Shown here: positions 52,633 to 64,000 of the stretch, in pieces
Position numbering within the stretch: position 1 is the stretch's first letter
Layout: each line of letters opens with the position of its first letter
Source of the DNA: Fistulifera solaris
Lineage: Eukaryota
Length of the DNA: 64,000 nt
Assembly: GCA_030295235.1 (NCBI GenBank)
Contig: AP026139.1
Location: 372,001 to 436,000 of the forward strand
Reading direction: 5' to 3'
Program-made: the position numbers and the translations under genes
The notes under the pieces: model-generated
Told to the model about the DNA's origin: nothing
Databases searched by the model: none
The model's input: the letters and a program-made list of their open reading frames with translations, nothing else

Positions 52633-54801
52633 ATGAGTGAAGCATTTCGTGTTAGGGAGAACTTTGACGAGAGTCGAAACAGCAATAGTAGCTTGACATC
52701 ACAAATCGACTCGACAACATCGAGTCCCATTCATCCTACAGCAATAAACTCCGACGAACGATCTGAATTATCGCAACAAGATGACAGTCAAGATGCTGAT
52801 GAAGAGACAGTACCGTTGACGTCGCAAGGTCCTTTATTAGAGAGTCAGCCCGCGACCCTCGATCCCCATCCCGTGATACGCTCGCGGAGTAAAAGTGCTA
52901 ATAACCAACGAAAGCGTCCAAAACGAAGACGAGCAAAAGATGCTGCTTCGGAATCACAAAAAGGATCCAAGTCTTGGATGCGCACGTGTTTATTGTGGTT
53001 TTGTCGAAATACTCGAGCGGTGCAGTCGACTCTTTCTTGTATGAACCTCTTGGCCCGTTTGCTGTTCTGGTCCTCTATGTTGGCGTCCGTTTTGGGAGTG
53101 TTTTGGTATTCGTATGAGCTCTACAATCATGGGTAAGTTTCACCGACAACAACACGTAGTAGTACTCAGGTTCCTACTGACTCATGTTTGGTTCAGAACG
53201 GAACCCCATTTGATTGCCTGGTTCAGTGCCGGTGCTTTTGTGTTACTCGGATTCCCGATATCAATGTACGGTATTGTGACACATCTGGCCAATTATAACC
53301 AACCGGATACGCAAATGTATGTTGTACGGATCCTGTGGATGGTTCCCATTTATTCGATTGAATCGTGGTTGGCGATGCGTTTTCACAAACAAGCCATCTA
53401 CATTGAGACGCTACGAGACTTTTACGAGTCTTATGTTCTCTATTCGTTTCTCCAATTCTTGATTCAAGTATTAGGCGGAGAAGAAGCGCTCGTATTGATG
53501 TTAAAAGATAAATCACCAACCCGAGGGTATCACATGTGGGGGTTGCAGTGGTGTGTGAAGCCTTGGATTATGGGTCAGCCGATTCGCAGGCCGTCCTTCA
53601 CACAAAGCGATCGAAACAACGGAACGAAACCTATACGTTGGGTCTCCCCCTTTTCATGCGCTGTAAATTGGGGGTTTTGCAGTATGTTTTGCTCAAGTTC
53701 CTCTGTGCTGTATCCGTCCTCATACTCGAATGGAAGGGCCTTTACCAGGATGGCGATTTCTCATGGCATTACGGCTACCTTTACATTTGCATCGTCACGA
53801 ATCTTTCTCAATGTTGGGCCCTTTATTGCTTGATTTTGTTTTATTTCGCCACCAAGAATGAGCTAGCGCCCATTCGGCCGGTCGGGAAATTTATGAGTGT
53901 CAAAGCATTGGTGTTTTTTACTTGGTGGCAATCTGTCATGATCGCTATTTTCGATCAGGCTGGGATGATACCGGAGCAGCTCGTAAATGTGGAGCAGGAT
54001 TGGACTACGGAAGATGTGGCAAAAGGATTTCAAGATTACTTGATTTGCATTGAAATGTTTATTGCTGCAGTGGTGCACTCATTTGTATTTCCGCACACTG
54101 AATACTCTCCCGACGCTGTCGTCGCCCGTCAGCAGGCCTCACAAGGCCACCACTCCGATTTGTCTCCAACGGGAAACGGTATCAGGAGATTTCGACGACG
54201 ATTGGGGCGCAACAAATTGTTTCCGGCGCAATACCATCGCATTCATCCTTACAAAGATAGTATCGGTAAGATATCGCCTGCACATTCAGGTTCTATGGTA
54301 GAAATGGCATCTCTCGGCTCTTCATCACCTCATGCGCTAGAAAGGGTGGAGGACCACATTCCTTGGCAAACGTTTCAACCGCAACAAGTCAATGGTTACA
54401 CTCAATACGTGGGGGATGAGGCTGATGCCCCGCCGATAGAAGCCGATCAGATGGACATAAATAATGGTTTGGGAAGAAAAGTACACGAGTGGTCAGCAAT
54501 TCCCGGTATTGTTGAATACAGCGATGACGAAGAAAATAATCCCTTAGATGACTCTAGCATAGATGACGAAGGAGAGAATAGCGATTCGCATGACTCACCG
54601 ATTGCCCGCCATAAACGTGGATTTGTTCGGGCGCTTCTCGAATCCGCTATTCCCACCGATCTAGGCAGTAGTACTATGGGAATCGTCAAAGGTGATTATC
54701 ACGTTGAAAAGAAGACTCTGCTTCATGTTGCAGCAGCGTCGGATCAGTACGATCTGTTCAACAAGCTGCGACGGAATACGCAAAAGACGACGAGCTCATG
54801 A
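52633..54801 (+). CDS. OSTalpha/TMEM184/LAZ1 family transporter, paralogue 2; intron 53133-53196; frameshift near 53650
   Basis: Same motifs as paralogue 1 and intron at the same codon position. Confidence 0.9.
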
Positions 54802-54904
54802 AATGAGTCGATATCATACATAAATGATGCGGAATGCGGGATGAAATTCTGTATTTATGGGGTGTTAAATTTAACGCGTAGCAATCAACGTTTTCTCCAC
54901 GTAG

Positions 54905-57015
54905 CTACGAAGACGAGGTATGGTGTTCTTCGTCAACGCCATGGACATATTGACCCTCACGCTGAGAAAAATTCTGATCTGTAATAAAAGGAGGGTGCGT
55001 AGGGTAGGCTGCTGTAGGTGGAAGAACCATACGTTGACTCATCATAAACTGTGCCTGCCATACGCTTTGCGCCGAGGGTCCTTTTATTTTGACAATTCTT
55101 GATCGAGTTCCTGGTACGAATTCGCCTCGTTGGCTCGCTCTGATGCGAGTTCCTGACAGGTTCTCCAGTTCCGTGAGCGTACTGCCCCCGCGGCCAAGAA
55201 TGGAACCTATCATCGAGTCTGGTACGAGTAATTGAACGCTGAAAACTCCCGGCGCCACCAACGCTGGCGGCTGAGGTACGAATGCTTCGCTATAACCTTG
55301 GGTTGGCGCAGGGCGGATGGGCGGTGACAAGCTCATCGACTGTTCAAATTGCAACGCAAGTAGCTCAGGAGCTGATGTACTGTGTGATACCGTACGGCTT
55401 ACAGACGAGGAAGCATCTAATGGGCCTTGAGGCTGCGGAAGCAAGTGAAGTTGTTGGTTTAAACTGCTTGGAGTAGTAACGGGCAGCCCCGAGCTTGGTA
55501 AGTAAGAAGCTTGTTGAGTCCTGTAGCTTCCAAGAAAATCAGAGGTCGGAAGGTGACCAAATGGAAGCCGCTGATTGAGCATGATCCCTGGCAAATCGGG
55601 GGACGAAGAAATTCGCCTAGGTACACTTGCAGTCTGAGACAAAAGATTAACTTCAGGTGCGGCGCTCCAGTTGGTCGAATCGGTCGCGAGTATTCGATTT
55701 TGATTTGAAGGAATAGGTAGAAGTACCGGCTGCAATTGTCCTCCATACGAGTCGGGGACAGCTTTCGTGTAGCTTGTCGTCATGTTGGCATACCGACAAA
55801 TATCAGGATGCGCAACCATACCGTCCAAAAATCAAATAGACACAGCTTAGACACGACTCCAAGGACTGACCAGTGATCGTAACGATGCGTTCCGAGGTGT
55901 TCAGCATCATGGACGATAAAGTGTAGCCACCAGCATTGTCGACGGCATCTTTCGCCGACAATCGAACAGACGAAACACCCGTGCTTTCCTCCATGAATTT
56001 AATGTTCGATCCGGATTTTCCGATTATCATTCCACAACTTGACGCAGGGACGAGTAATCGCACGACGAAGTCGAACACTGGTGTTGTTCCTCTTTGGCGC
56101 TGCAGTTGCCACGCTACATGTTGGGAATGCTGCTGTTCCTGTAGCATGTGAAGTCTGCCTAGAAGCAATTTAAGCGCAGTTTTACAGTTATCGGGCTCCC
56201 CTTGGACCAGACAAACACGATCTTGAGTACCTGGATAGTAATCCCCAGTCTGGCTCAGCTTAATCCTCGTTGATGATTGCTTCTGAAACTCCGAAATCGT
56301 TTGCCCCGATCGCCCAATGATTGAACCAGCGACATTGTTTGAGACCAGCAACTTGAATGCCGCTGCGCAGGTTGCTGAATTTGGTCTTGCGTATTGATCG
56401 GCTTGATGGGATGGAGACGAAGATTGAGTAGGAGCCACAATGTCTCGGTAGCTCGTTGGTTGAGAAAATGAGGTAAAGTCGGATGGCGAGCTTGCCGACC
56501 AACTGGACACTCCTTCTTCTGTAAAGTGACTAGCGTGATGTTGAGGTTGAGATGTATGAGTATGAGATGAATGAGTGTGTGGCGTGTGAGAGGCTAGCCC
56601 CTCTCTTGCAAAGTCAGGCTCTTCTTCGCTTGTACTCAAGTGAGGCAGCGATGAATTTCCTAAACTTGTTGGTGTTGTTGTGGTTCCGGTTGTAGGAACC
56701 GATGAATGTTCGGGCGAGGGCGATTTCGATGTGCTGATTGGCCCCACTTCACATTTAATGGTTGCTGTGCCCTCAGGAGCTAGTAACGCTATATTTGTAG
56801 TTGTGTGGGAAAGGGGCTGACTGTGTGAGGGAGCTGTGCTGTGAGAGCGAATGTCGTGTGCTAGGGATGATGTGAGGTGCTGATTGTGTGACGAATTTTG
56901 AGATGTAGAATTTTCCTTAAGTCAAAATAGTAACAAAGAATGTGAGAACGAGAGGCAACCAACAAAGCCTGTCTCAGAAAAGGGTTCTGCATCTACGTAC
57001 ACTCGATAAGGACAT
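54905..57015 (-). CDS. Three-KH RNA-binding protein (NOVA/PCBP-like); intron 56916-57000; frameshift near 55828
   Basis: AGSIIGRSGQ, CGMIIGKSGS, IGSILGRGGS; YYPGTQDRV and FVPGTRSRIV as in NOVA-type KH; ATGTCCTTATCGAGT|GTACGT first exon joins in frame. Confidence 0.85.
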
Positions 57016-58090
57016 AATTCGCTGTTAACCTGTCTCCGAATGTTGACGTAAACGAGATTGTCCAATTTATAATGTTTCAGGCACAAATCACAACAAGCAG
57101 AAACTACGATGGGTTGACAATGCAGCCATTCCCTCCGATTCTGAGGAAGAAATTACAAGCAGGGTGAGTGCATGCACTTGTCGAAACGCCTATAACGCAA
57201 TCGTCTTATTTCTTTCACAAGGTCACGCATTCTGCTTCACAATAGAGCTCTTTTCTCTGAAGAAGTTTGGTTGAAAAGCATCTTGTTGTCCCCCTAAAAA
57301 GTGAGAAAGGAACGATTTTGTTTGCTTAACGGCGGGATCTCAGAGCCTAAGTTCGACGAGCCGCTATCGCTTCTCCGGAAACAGTTAATGTCGTTCTTAC
57401 CAGCAACAATAGACCTTCTTTGTGAAGCAACTGCTTCTTTTGCCATTGGATCGAAAAGATGGGAGCTATAAGAAGATGCACGCACTTTTTGCTCCTTGTC
57501 GTCTTCGAAGTTTCATGTCGTTCGTTGCTGACTGACGTGCGTACTTGCTACTTGCGTTTGTAGTCTACGTCCGACGTCAAAACATGAGCAATTTAGTCGC
57601 GGATACGAACGGCTCTGTGCGTACTACGTTGTCTGTAAAGTACAGCCCATTGTACAACAGCTTTTAATGTACAAAAGTGATGACGAATGACGTCGACTGT
57701 GACTTTGTCTCGTGATTTGTGGTATCACATACCGGGACTCGATATACCTTGTAAATAGCGATAAATGAGTAAACCGGTAAGATAGTCTCGCCGTAAATAT
57801 TCATAAGTATGGTAAGGTTTCTCCTACTTAAATCTCTAAGCAATTTTCTATTATGGCGAACGCCATGCCGCTACTTAGGAGAAGTGAAAACCGTTCCCGA
57901 GCTCCGACACACGAAGAGACATTTGTGAGATCAATCGAACAACATCAAAAAATTTCGACCGTCGTTTGCATCCTTCATTTTCTGCGATCCGATTGTGTCA
58001 ACAGTTTTGGTCGCTCGCTATCTCAAATAGCCCATTATTTCAAAACAAAAACCAAAGAAATACTTTCATTATCAACAACAGAACAAAAAA

Positions 58091-59165
58091 ATGTCGACAA
58101 ATCGCATCTCGGTTTACAGTCAATACACCCGCAGCAGCTCAAGTTCCAGTACCAGCGAGAACTTGCCTCCGCGAACTCTTGCTCGTTTATCGCGAGAAGT
58201 CCGCAATTTACAGAAATCTCCCCCCTGAAGGTGTAAGACTTGTCGTAGATGAAGAGACTGGTTTGCCCACGAACCTTGGAGAGCTCATGGTACGTCGTTC
58301 TCCGACTGCAAAGAGAGGTTGCTTTCGCTGCAATTGAATTCGCTGAAATGGAAGGTGACCCCCAGTCCCAACGTGTTTTAGTCTCTTCATTAGTGTACTG
58401 TCGCACTGTTTCCGTTGAAACGCTCACGTACACAATTGGCTATACCAAAATTTTACACTTGATTGCCCAAGCCGATGTTGTTTTTTGTTACGATCAAAAA
58501 GAACTTTTGTGTACAAATCCGCCTCCAAATAACCGTATTGCCGCCGGGGGTCCTTGTGGAAAACCTCTTCTCACTCTAAACTTTTTGTCACTGATCTTTT
58601 CTAGGCTGAAATGCAAGGCCCCCAAGGGACCCCTTATGAGGGCAAATACTTTCTGCTGAAGCTTGTGTTCGGTTCGGAATTTCCTGCAGTTCCGCCGCGA
58701 GGATTTTTTCTTACCAAGATTTTTCACCCTAATGTCGATTTGTCGACGGGGGCTATTTGCGTTAACACACTCAAGAAAGATTGGACATCGGAGACAAAGC
58801 TTAGTCACGTTTTGGCTGTGATTCGTTGTTTATTGATTGTCCCGTTCCCGGAGTCAAGTTTGAACGACGAGGCAGGGAAACTATTTATGGAGTCCTATGA
58901 TGAATATGCGAAGAGAGCTCGTTTACTTGCCGATGTCCACGGACGATCCTCATCAGTGACAAAAGAAGGAGCTGATCCCGCCGACGATGTCACTTTGTCA
59001 AAAAGTATAGCAGACGAACGAGGGGTGTTGCAGTCTTCTTCCGATAGTAGCCGCAACAATAGTCAAAAACTGGCTAGCTCTCCCGTCTCTCCTTCCAAGA
59101 AACTTGTTGCAGGAGCTGTTGGTGCGAAGAAAGTTAACAAGAAGAAAAGCCTAAAGCGATTGTAG
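58091..59165 (+). CDS. UBE2S: Ubiquitin-conjugating enzyme E2 S; intron 58290-58604; extra C near 58220
   Basis: ENLPP...SPPEGV, GPQGTPYEG, KIFHPNVD..GAICVNTLKKDW, CLLIVPFPESSLNDEAGKL, C-terminal KKKSLKRL. Confidence 0.9.
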
Positions 59166-60023
59166 CGTACTCTCGTTAGCAACTCTCGACGATGACCAGC
59201 AGCGATTTCATTCAGCATCTTATCATCGGCTTTCGAAATAATAACGATGCGCCGTAACATTAGGTAGCTGAAACTTCAAAGCAGCAATGTAATTACATTT
59301 CCTAGTTAGATTCATCAGCACGTAAAAATATTTAGCTAACCGTCGCAGTCAAATATTCTTTGACCATAGCCCATAAAAGCACACGAAATGATACTCTCTG
59401 CTGATTCTGTGATTTCGTGTCAAAACTTCGTCTTGTGATCTCCGCAAGTCAAAATCTTTTGTCGCCCTACTCTCTCTTCATCTGCTTTACCTTTTGTCAA
59501 CCACTTCGAGTCTTCGCGTTGCCAATAGCTACCCTGGTACCGGTACCGTAGCTTGAAAGTGAGGAACGAGCCTGTATGCTCCAACGACACGTACTGTCAC
59601 CTTTGCAGTACAATGTACAGGGTGTTTCACCAAATCTTTCGAAGGGCACGTTCACTACCGCAAGGAAACCGCTACGAGCTGCATCAATTCAAGTTGACGT
59701 ATATACTCCAGACGGTGTCAGTACATTTTTCAATGTCGAAAAAATCTGATGGACGTCGGACGTCGTGCAAAGAAGCACTCGATCGACCGACTAAAAAGCA
59801 AACATTCTTGCAGTCGAAGAAAGTCGCGTTGTCATTATTGTTGCATACCAGGTACCTTGTCAACGTATTAGAAGAAAAGATCGCTCTTTCCAAAGAACCC
59901 AAATTTTCTCTTGCAGGACCATTTATCAGCAATATACAGGCCTGCCAGCACGAGAGAAGTCGCTCAATATCGGTTTCAAGTTCACTTTTCTTCTTGCAAA
60001 GCTTTGATTCTCTATTTTAGAGG

Positions 60024-63000
60024 ATGTCGGCATTGCCAAAGAAAATACCGCGAAAGCTATTCAGCTATGACAACGTCGAACCTTCGCCTGCGACAGAGCC
60101 CCCGAGACCGACGTCCGAAGCCGCTCAGAATTATATTCCCAACTCGTATCGAAATTCCAAGTTGTCGCATGCCAGCATCCAAGCCATTCGTGACAAAAGC
60201 ACGCTCTCGCCTGATTTGCGAAGCCAGATCGACTATCAGCAGAGTGAAGGATTGTATCCGGCTTCGTTTCCGCACTATGTGAGAGGACGGGACAGTTTGC
60301 GCAAACACATCACCCAGCTCTTCACCAGCCGAATCGCCATTTATGACGGTGCGATGGGAACGATGATCCAAAATTATGCCAAGAAGAACAAACTGGAAGA
60401 GGACGAGTACCGCGGAGAACGTTTCAAGGACTGGAAGTGCAACGTGAAAGGTAACAATGATATGCTGAGCATCACTCAGCCGCACATCATTCAGGGAATC
60501 TACCGCCAGTACCTCGAAGAGGGAGGATCAGACTTGATCGGCACCAATACGTTCTCGTCAACGACCATCGCCATGGCCGACTACGAGATGGAGGCGTACG
60601 CATATGAATTGAACTACTGGGGTGCCCGTTTGGCCCGCGAGGTTTGTGACGAAGTGACCGCCAGAGACCCCGCCAAGCCGCGTTTCGTGGTTGGTGCGAT
60701 TGGCCCTACGAACCGCACTGGTTCGATTTCTCCGTCTGTTGAAGACCCGTCCGCCCGGAACGTGACATTTGACGAGTTGGTGGAGACGTATTTCGAGCAG
60801 GTGGTCGGGTTGATGGACGGCGGTGCCGACATTTTGATGGTAGAGACCATCTTCGACACGCTGAATGCCAAGGCTGCGTTATATGCGATTGGGGAGTACT
60901 TGGAGTTCAGCGGCTTGGATATTCCTGTCTTTGTGTCTGGTACTCTCGTTGATCAGTCGGGCCGCACGCTTTCGGGTCAAACCGGCGAGGCGTTCTACGC
61001 CTCGATCCGCCACGCCAAGCCGATGTGCGTGGGATTGAACTGCGCCCTTGGTGCCCAACACATGACCCCGTTTGTGGAACGATTGGCCGGTTGCGTCGAG
61101 TGCTTTATGCACGTTTGTAAGTATATAGAAATGGGAATAGTGCAGGCCTAAACGATTTTCGCTTGTCTGACTCGTTTGGACTTCTTCTCATTCAGACTCT
61201 AACGCCGGTCTTCCGAATGCAATGGGTGGATATGACGACTCTCCCGAAACAATGGCGGAACAGAATCGGTTGTTCTTTGAGAATGGTTGGTTAAATATGG
61301 TCGGCGGTTGTTGTGGGTCTACCCCGCCTCACATCAGGGCTATTCGTGAGGTCTCGGAGGGCTACGAACCGCGAAAGCTTCCGGATGTCGGTCGTCCCAA
61401 GATGTGGCTGTCGGGCCTGGAGGACATGAAGGTAGAGGACGTGCACAACCACCTCGGTCTTCCGTTCTTGAATGTTGGCGAGCGCTGCAACATCGCGGGC
61501 TCGATCAAGTTCAAGAAGTTGATGATGGCGGGGGACTACGGTGCTGCGATGGACATTGCCAAGCAGCAGGTCGAGGACGGTGCGCACGTAATTGACATTA
61601 ACGTTGACGACGGCATGCTGGATGGTCTGGCAGCTATGCAAAAGTTTGTCAAGATTGCAGTGACGGAGCCTGAGGTAGCGAAAGTCCCGTTCATGTTGGA
61701 TGCCTCGAAGTTCGAGATTGTGTTGGCCGGCTTGAAGTGGTGCCAGGGCAAGCCCATCGTGAACTCTATTTCGCTGAAAGTCGGCGAAGAGATGTTTATT
61801 GAGCACGCGACGCTGCTGAAGAAACATGGTGCGGCTGTTGTTGTGATGGCGTTCGACGAGGAAGGTCAGGCTGCGACAGAATCGGAGAAGGTCCGCATTT
61901 GCAAGCGTTCTTACGATATCTTGGTGAACAAGGTCAAGTTCCCACCTGAGGACATTATTTTCGATCCGAATGTGTTAACGATTGGTACTGGCATGGAAGA
62001 GCACGCGAACTACGGCGTTGATTTCATTAATGCCTGCAAAACAATTAAGGAAGAGTGTCCGTACGTGAAGATCAGCGGTGGTATCTCGAATCTTTCGTTC
62101 GGCTTCCGTGGTGTGACGAAGATTCGGGAGTCGATTCACGCCGTGTTTCTGCACCACGCCATTTTGGAATCCGGCATGGATGTCGGTATCGTCAACGCAA
62201 AAGAGATGCTTGCGATTGACGCGCTGGAACCTGACATGCTTGAATTATGCGAGAATCTAGTTTTCAATAAGACTGAGGACGCTACGGACGAAATGTTGGA
62301 ACGTACCGCCTACGAACGAGCCGTTATTGATGCCCAAAAGAAAGGACTACCTCCTCCCCGAAAGCCTCGAGGCAAGGTTGTGAACAAACCTAGAATGATG
62401 TTCAGCTATGACAACGTCGAACCTTCGCCTGCGACAGAGCCCCCGAGACCGACGTCCGAAGCCGCTCAGAATTATATTCCCAACTCGTATCGAAATTCCA
62501 AGTTGTCGCATGCCAGCATCCAAGCCATTCGTGACAAAAGCACGCTCTCGCCTGATTTGCGAAGCCAGATCGACTATCAGCAGAGTGAAGGATTGTATCC
62601 GGCTTCGTTTCCGCACTATGTGAGAGGACGGGACAGTTTGCGCAAACACATCACCCAGCTCTTCACCAGCCGAATCGCCATTTATGACGGTGCGATGGGA
62701 ACGATGATCCAAAATTATGCCAAGAAGAACAAACTGGAAGAGGACGAGTACCGCGGAGAACGTTTCAAGGACTGGAAGTGCAACGTGAAAGGTAACAATG
62801 ATATGCTGAGCATCACTCAGCCGCACATCATTCAGGGAATCTACCGCCAGTACCTCGAAGAGGGAGGATCAGACTTGATCGGCACCAATACGTTCTCGTC
62901 AACGACCATCGCCATGGCCGACTACGAGATGGAGGCGTACGCATATGAATTGAACTACTGGGGTGCCCGTTTGGCCCGCGAGGTTTGTGACGAAGTGACC

Positions 63001-64000
63001 GCCAGAGACCCCGCCAAGCCGCGTTTCGTGGTTGGTGCGATTGGCCCTACGAACCGCACTGGTTCGATTTCTCCGTCTGTTGAAGACCCGTCCGCCCGGA
63101 ACGTGACATTTGACGAGTTGGTGGAGACGTATTTCGAGCAGGTGGTCGGGTTGATGGACGGCGGTGCCGACATTTTGATGGTAGAGACCATCTTCGACAC
63201 GCTGAATGCCAAGGCTGCGTTATATGCGATTGGGGAGTACTTGGAGTTCAGCGGCTTGGATATTCCTGTCTTTGTGTCTGGTACTCTCGTTGATCAGTCG
63301 GGCCGCACGCTTTCGGGTCAAACCGGCGAGGCGTTCTACGCCTCGATCCGCCACGCCAAGCCGATGTGCGTGGGATTGAACTGCGCCCTTGGTGCCCAAC
63401 ACATGACCCCGTTTGTGGAACGATTGGCCGGTTGCGTCGAGTGCTTTATGCACGTTTGTAAGTATATAGAAATGGGAATAGTGCAGGCCTAAACGATTTT
63501 CGCTTGTCTGACTCGTTTGGACTTCTTCTCATTCAGACTCTAACGCCGGTCTTCCGAATGCAATGGGTGGATATGACGACTCTCCCGAAACAATGGCGGA
63601 ACAGAATCGGTTGTTCTTTGAGAATGGTTGGTTAAATATGGTCGGCGGTTGTTGTGGGTCTACCCCGCCTCACATCAGGGCTATTCGTGAGGTCTCGGAG
63701 GGCTACGAACCGCGAAAGCTTCCGGATGTCGGTCGTCCCAAGATGTGGCTGTCGGGCCTGGAGGACATGAAGGTAGAGGACGTGCACAACCACCTCGGTC
63801 TTCCGTTCTTGAATGTTGGCGAGCGCTGCAACATCGCGGGCTCGATCAAGTTCAAGAAGTTGATGATGGCGGGGGACTACGGTGCTGCGATGGACATTGC
63901 CAAGCAGCAGGTCGAGGACGGTGCGCACGTAATTGACATTAACGTTGACGACGGCATGCTGGATGGTCTGACAGCTATGCAAAAGTTTGTCAAGATTGCA
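60024..64000 (+). CDS. METH: Cobalamin-dependent methionine synthase (partial, runs off the window end) with internally duplicated Hcy- and pterin-binding modules; introns 61117-61195 and 63458-63536
   Basis: DGAMGTMIQ, TNTFS, GAIGPTNRT, ETIFDTLNAKAA, GLNCALG, YSNAGLPN (across the intron), GGCCG, NVGERCNIAGS, DINVDDGM, VNSISLK, DPNVLTI, SGGISNLSFGFRG. Confidence 0.95.
60060..64000 (+). repeat. Tandem direct repeat, period 2341 bp (copy 1 60060-62400; copy 2 62401 to beyond the window end)
   Basis: Visual comparison finds one difference (G61630 vs A63971); the ORF track shows the same off-frame ORFs offset by 2341. Confidence 0.95.

Noticed and set aside
2833..58230. More than 20 frameshifts in otherwise intact genes, read as pseudogenes or programmed frameshifting
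   Set aside because: Nearly all fall at homopolymer runs and hit essential genes (RPB2 three times, RPC6), the signature of long-read consensus indels; short-read polishing would confirm
58342..58365. GCTGAAATGGAAGG inside the UBE2S intron resembling the start of exon 2 (GCTGAAATGCAAGG), a possible duplicated exon
   Set aside because: Only 13/14 nt match, no preceding AG acceptor and no further similarity
59165..60024. Cobalamin or TPP riboswitch upstream of METH
   Set aside because: No B12-box or TPP consensus recognised by eye; only possible 5'UTR splice acceptors
61117..61151. Apparent stop after ...HVCKYIEMGIVQA splitting METH into separate ORFs (also 63458-63492)
   Set aside because: It is intron read-through; GTAAGT...TTCAG removal restores HVYSNAGLPN

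Overview
Gene-dense eukaryotic nuclear DNA, most likely a diatom. The evidence is short GT-AG introns, bipartite signal peptide plus 'ASAF'-type plastid presequences, and a cobalamin-dependent METH together with its reductase. About 27 protein genes are recognisable, including Ran, a DHHC PAT, a TALE-homeodomain/RING protein, SRAP/HMCES, MTRR, OSCA, RPB2, Cu amine oxidase, a SET protein, RPC6, PepN, two tandem TMEM184/OSTalpha paralogues, two KH proteins, UBE2S and METH. Most long genes, including essential RPB2, carry single-base indels at homopolymers, which I read as assembly errors. The main observations are: (1) METH contains an in-frame, almost identical 2341-bp internal tandem repeat (extension + Hcy-binding + pterin-binding domains, intron included) with an evolved-looking junction; (2) a small plastid-targeted protein has two 38-aa motifs joined by Trp-spaced Pro/Ala repeats, behind a promoter with four TGACGT boxes, and is a candidate multivalent plastid/pyrenoid linker; (3) a TALE homeodomain is fused to a RING finger; (4) GGTACC/TACCWGGTA clusters recur in promoters; (5) a nested, decayed inverted-repeat element lies at 4.5-7 kb. 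All coordinates and alignments were done by eye.
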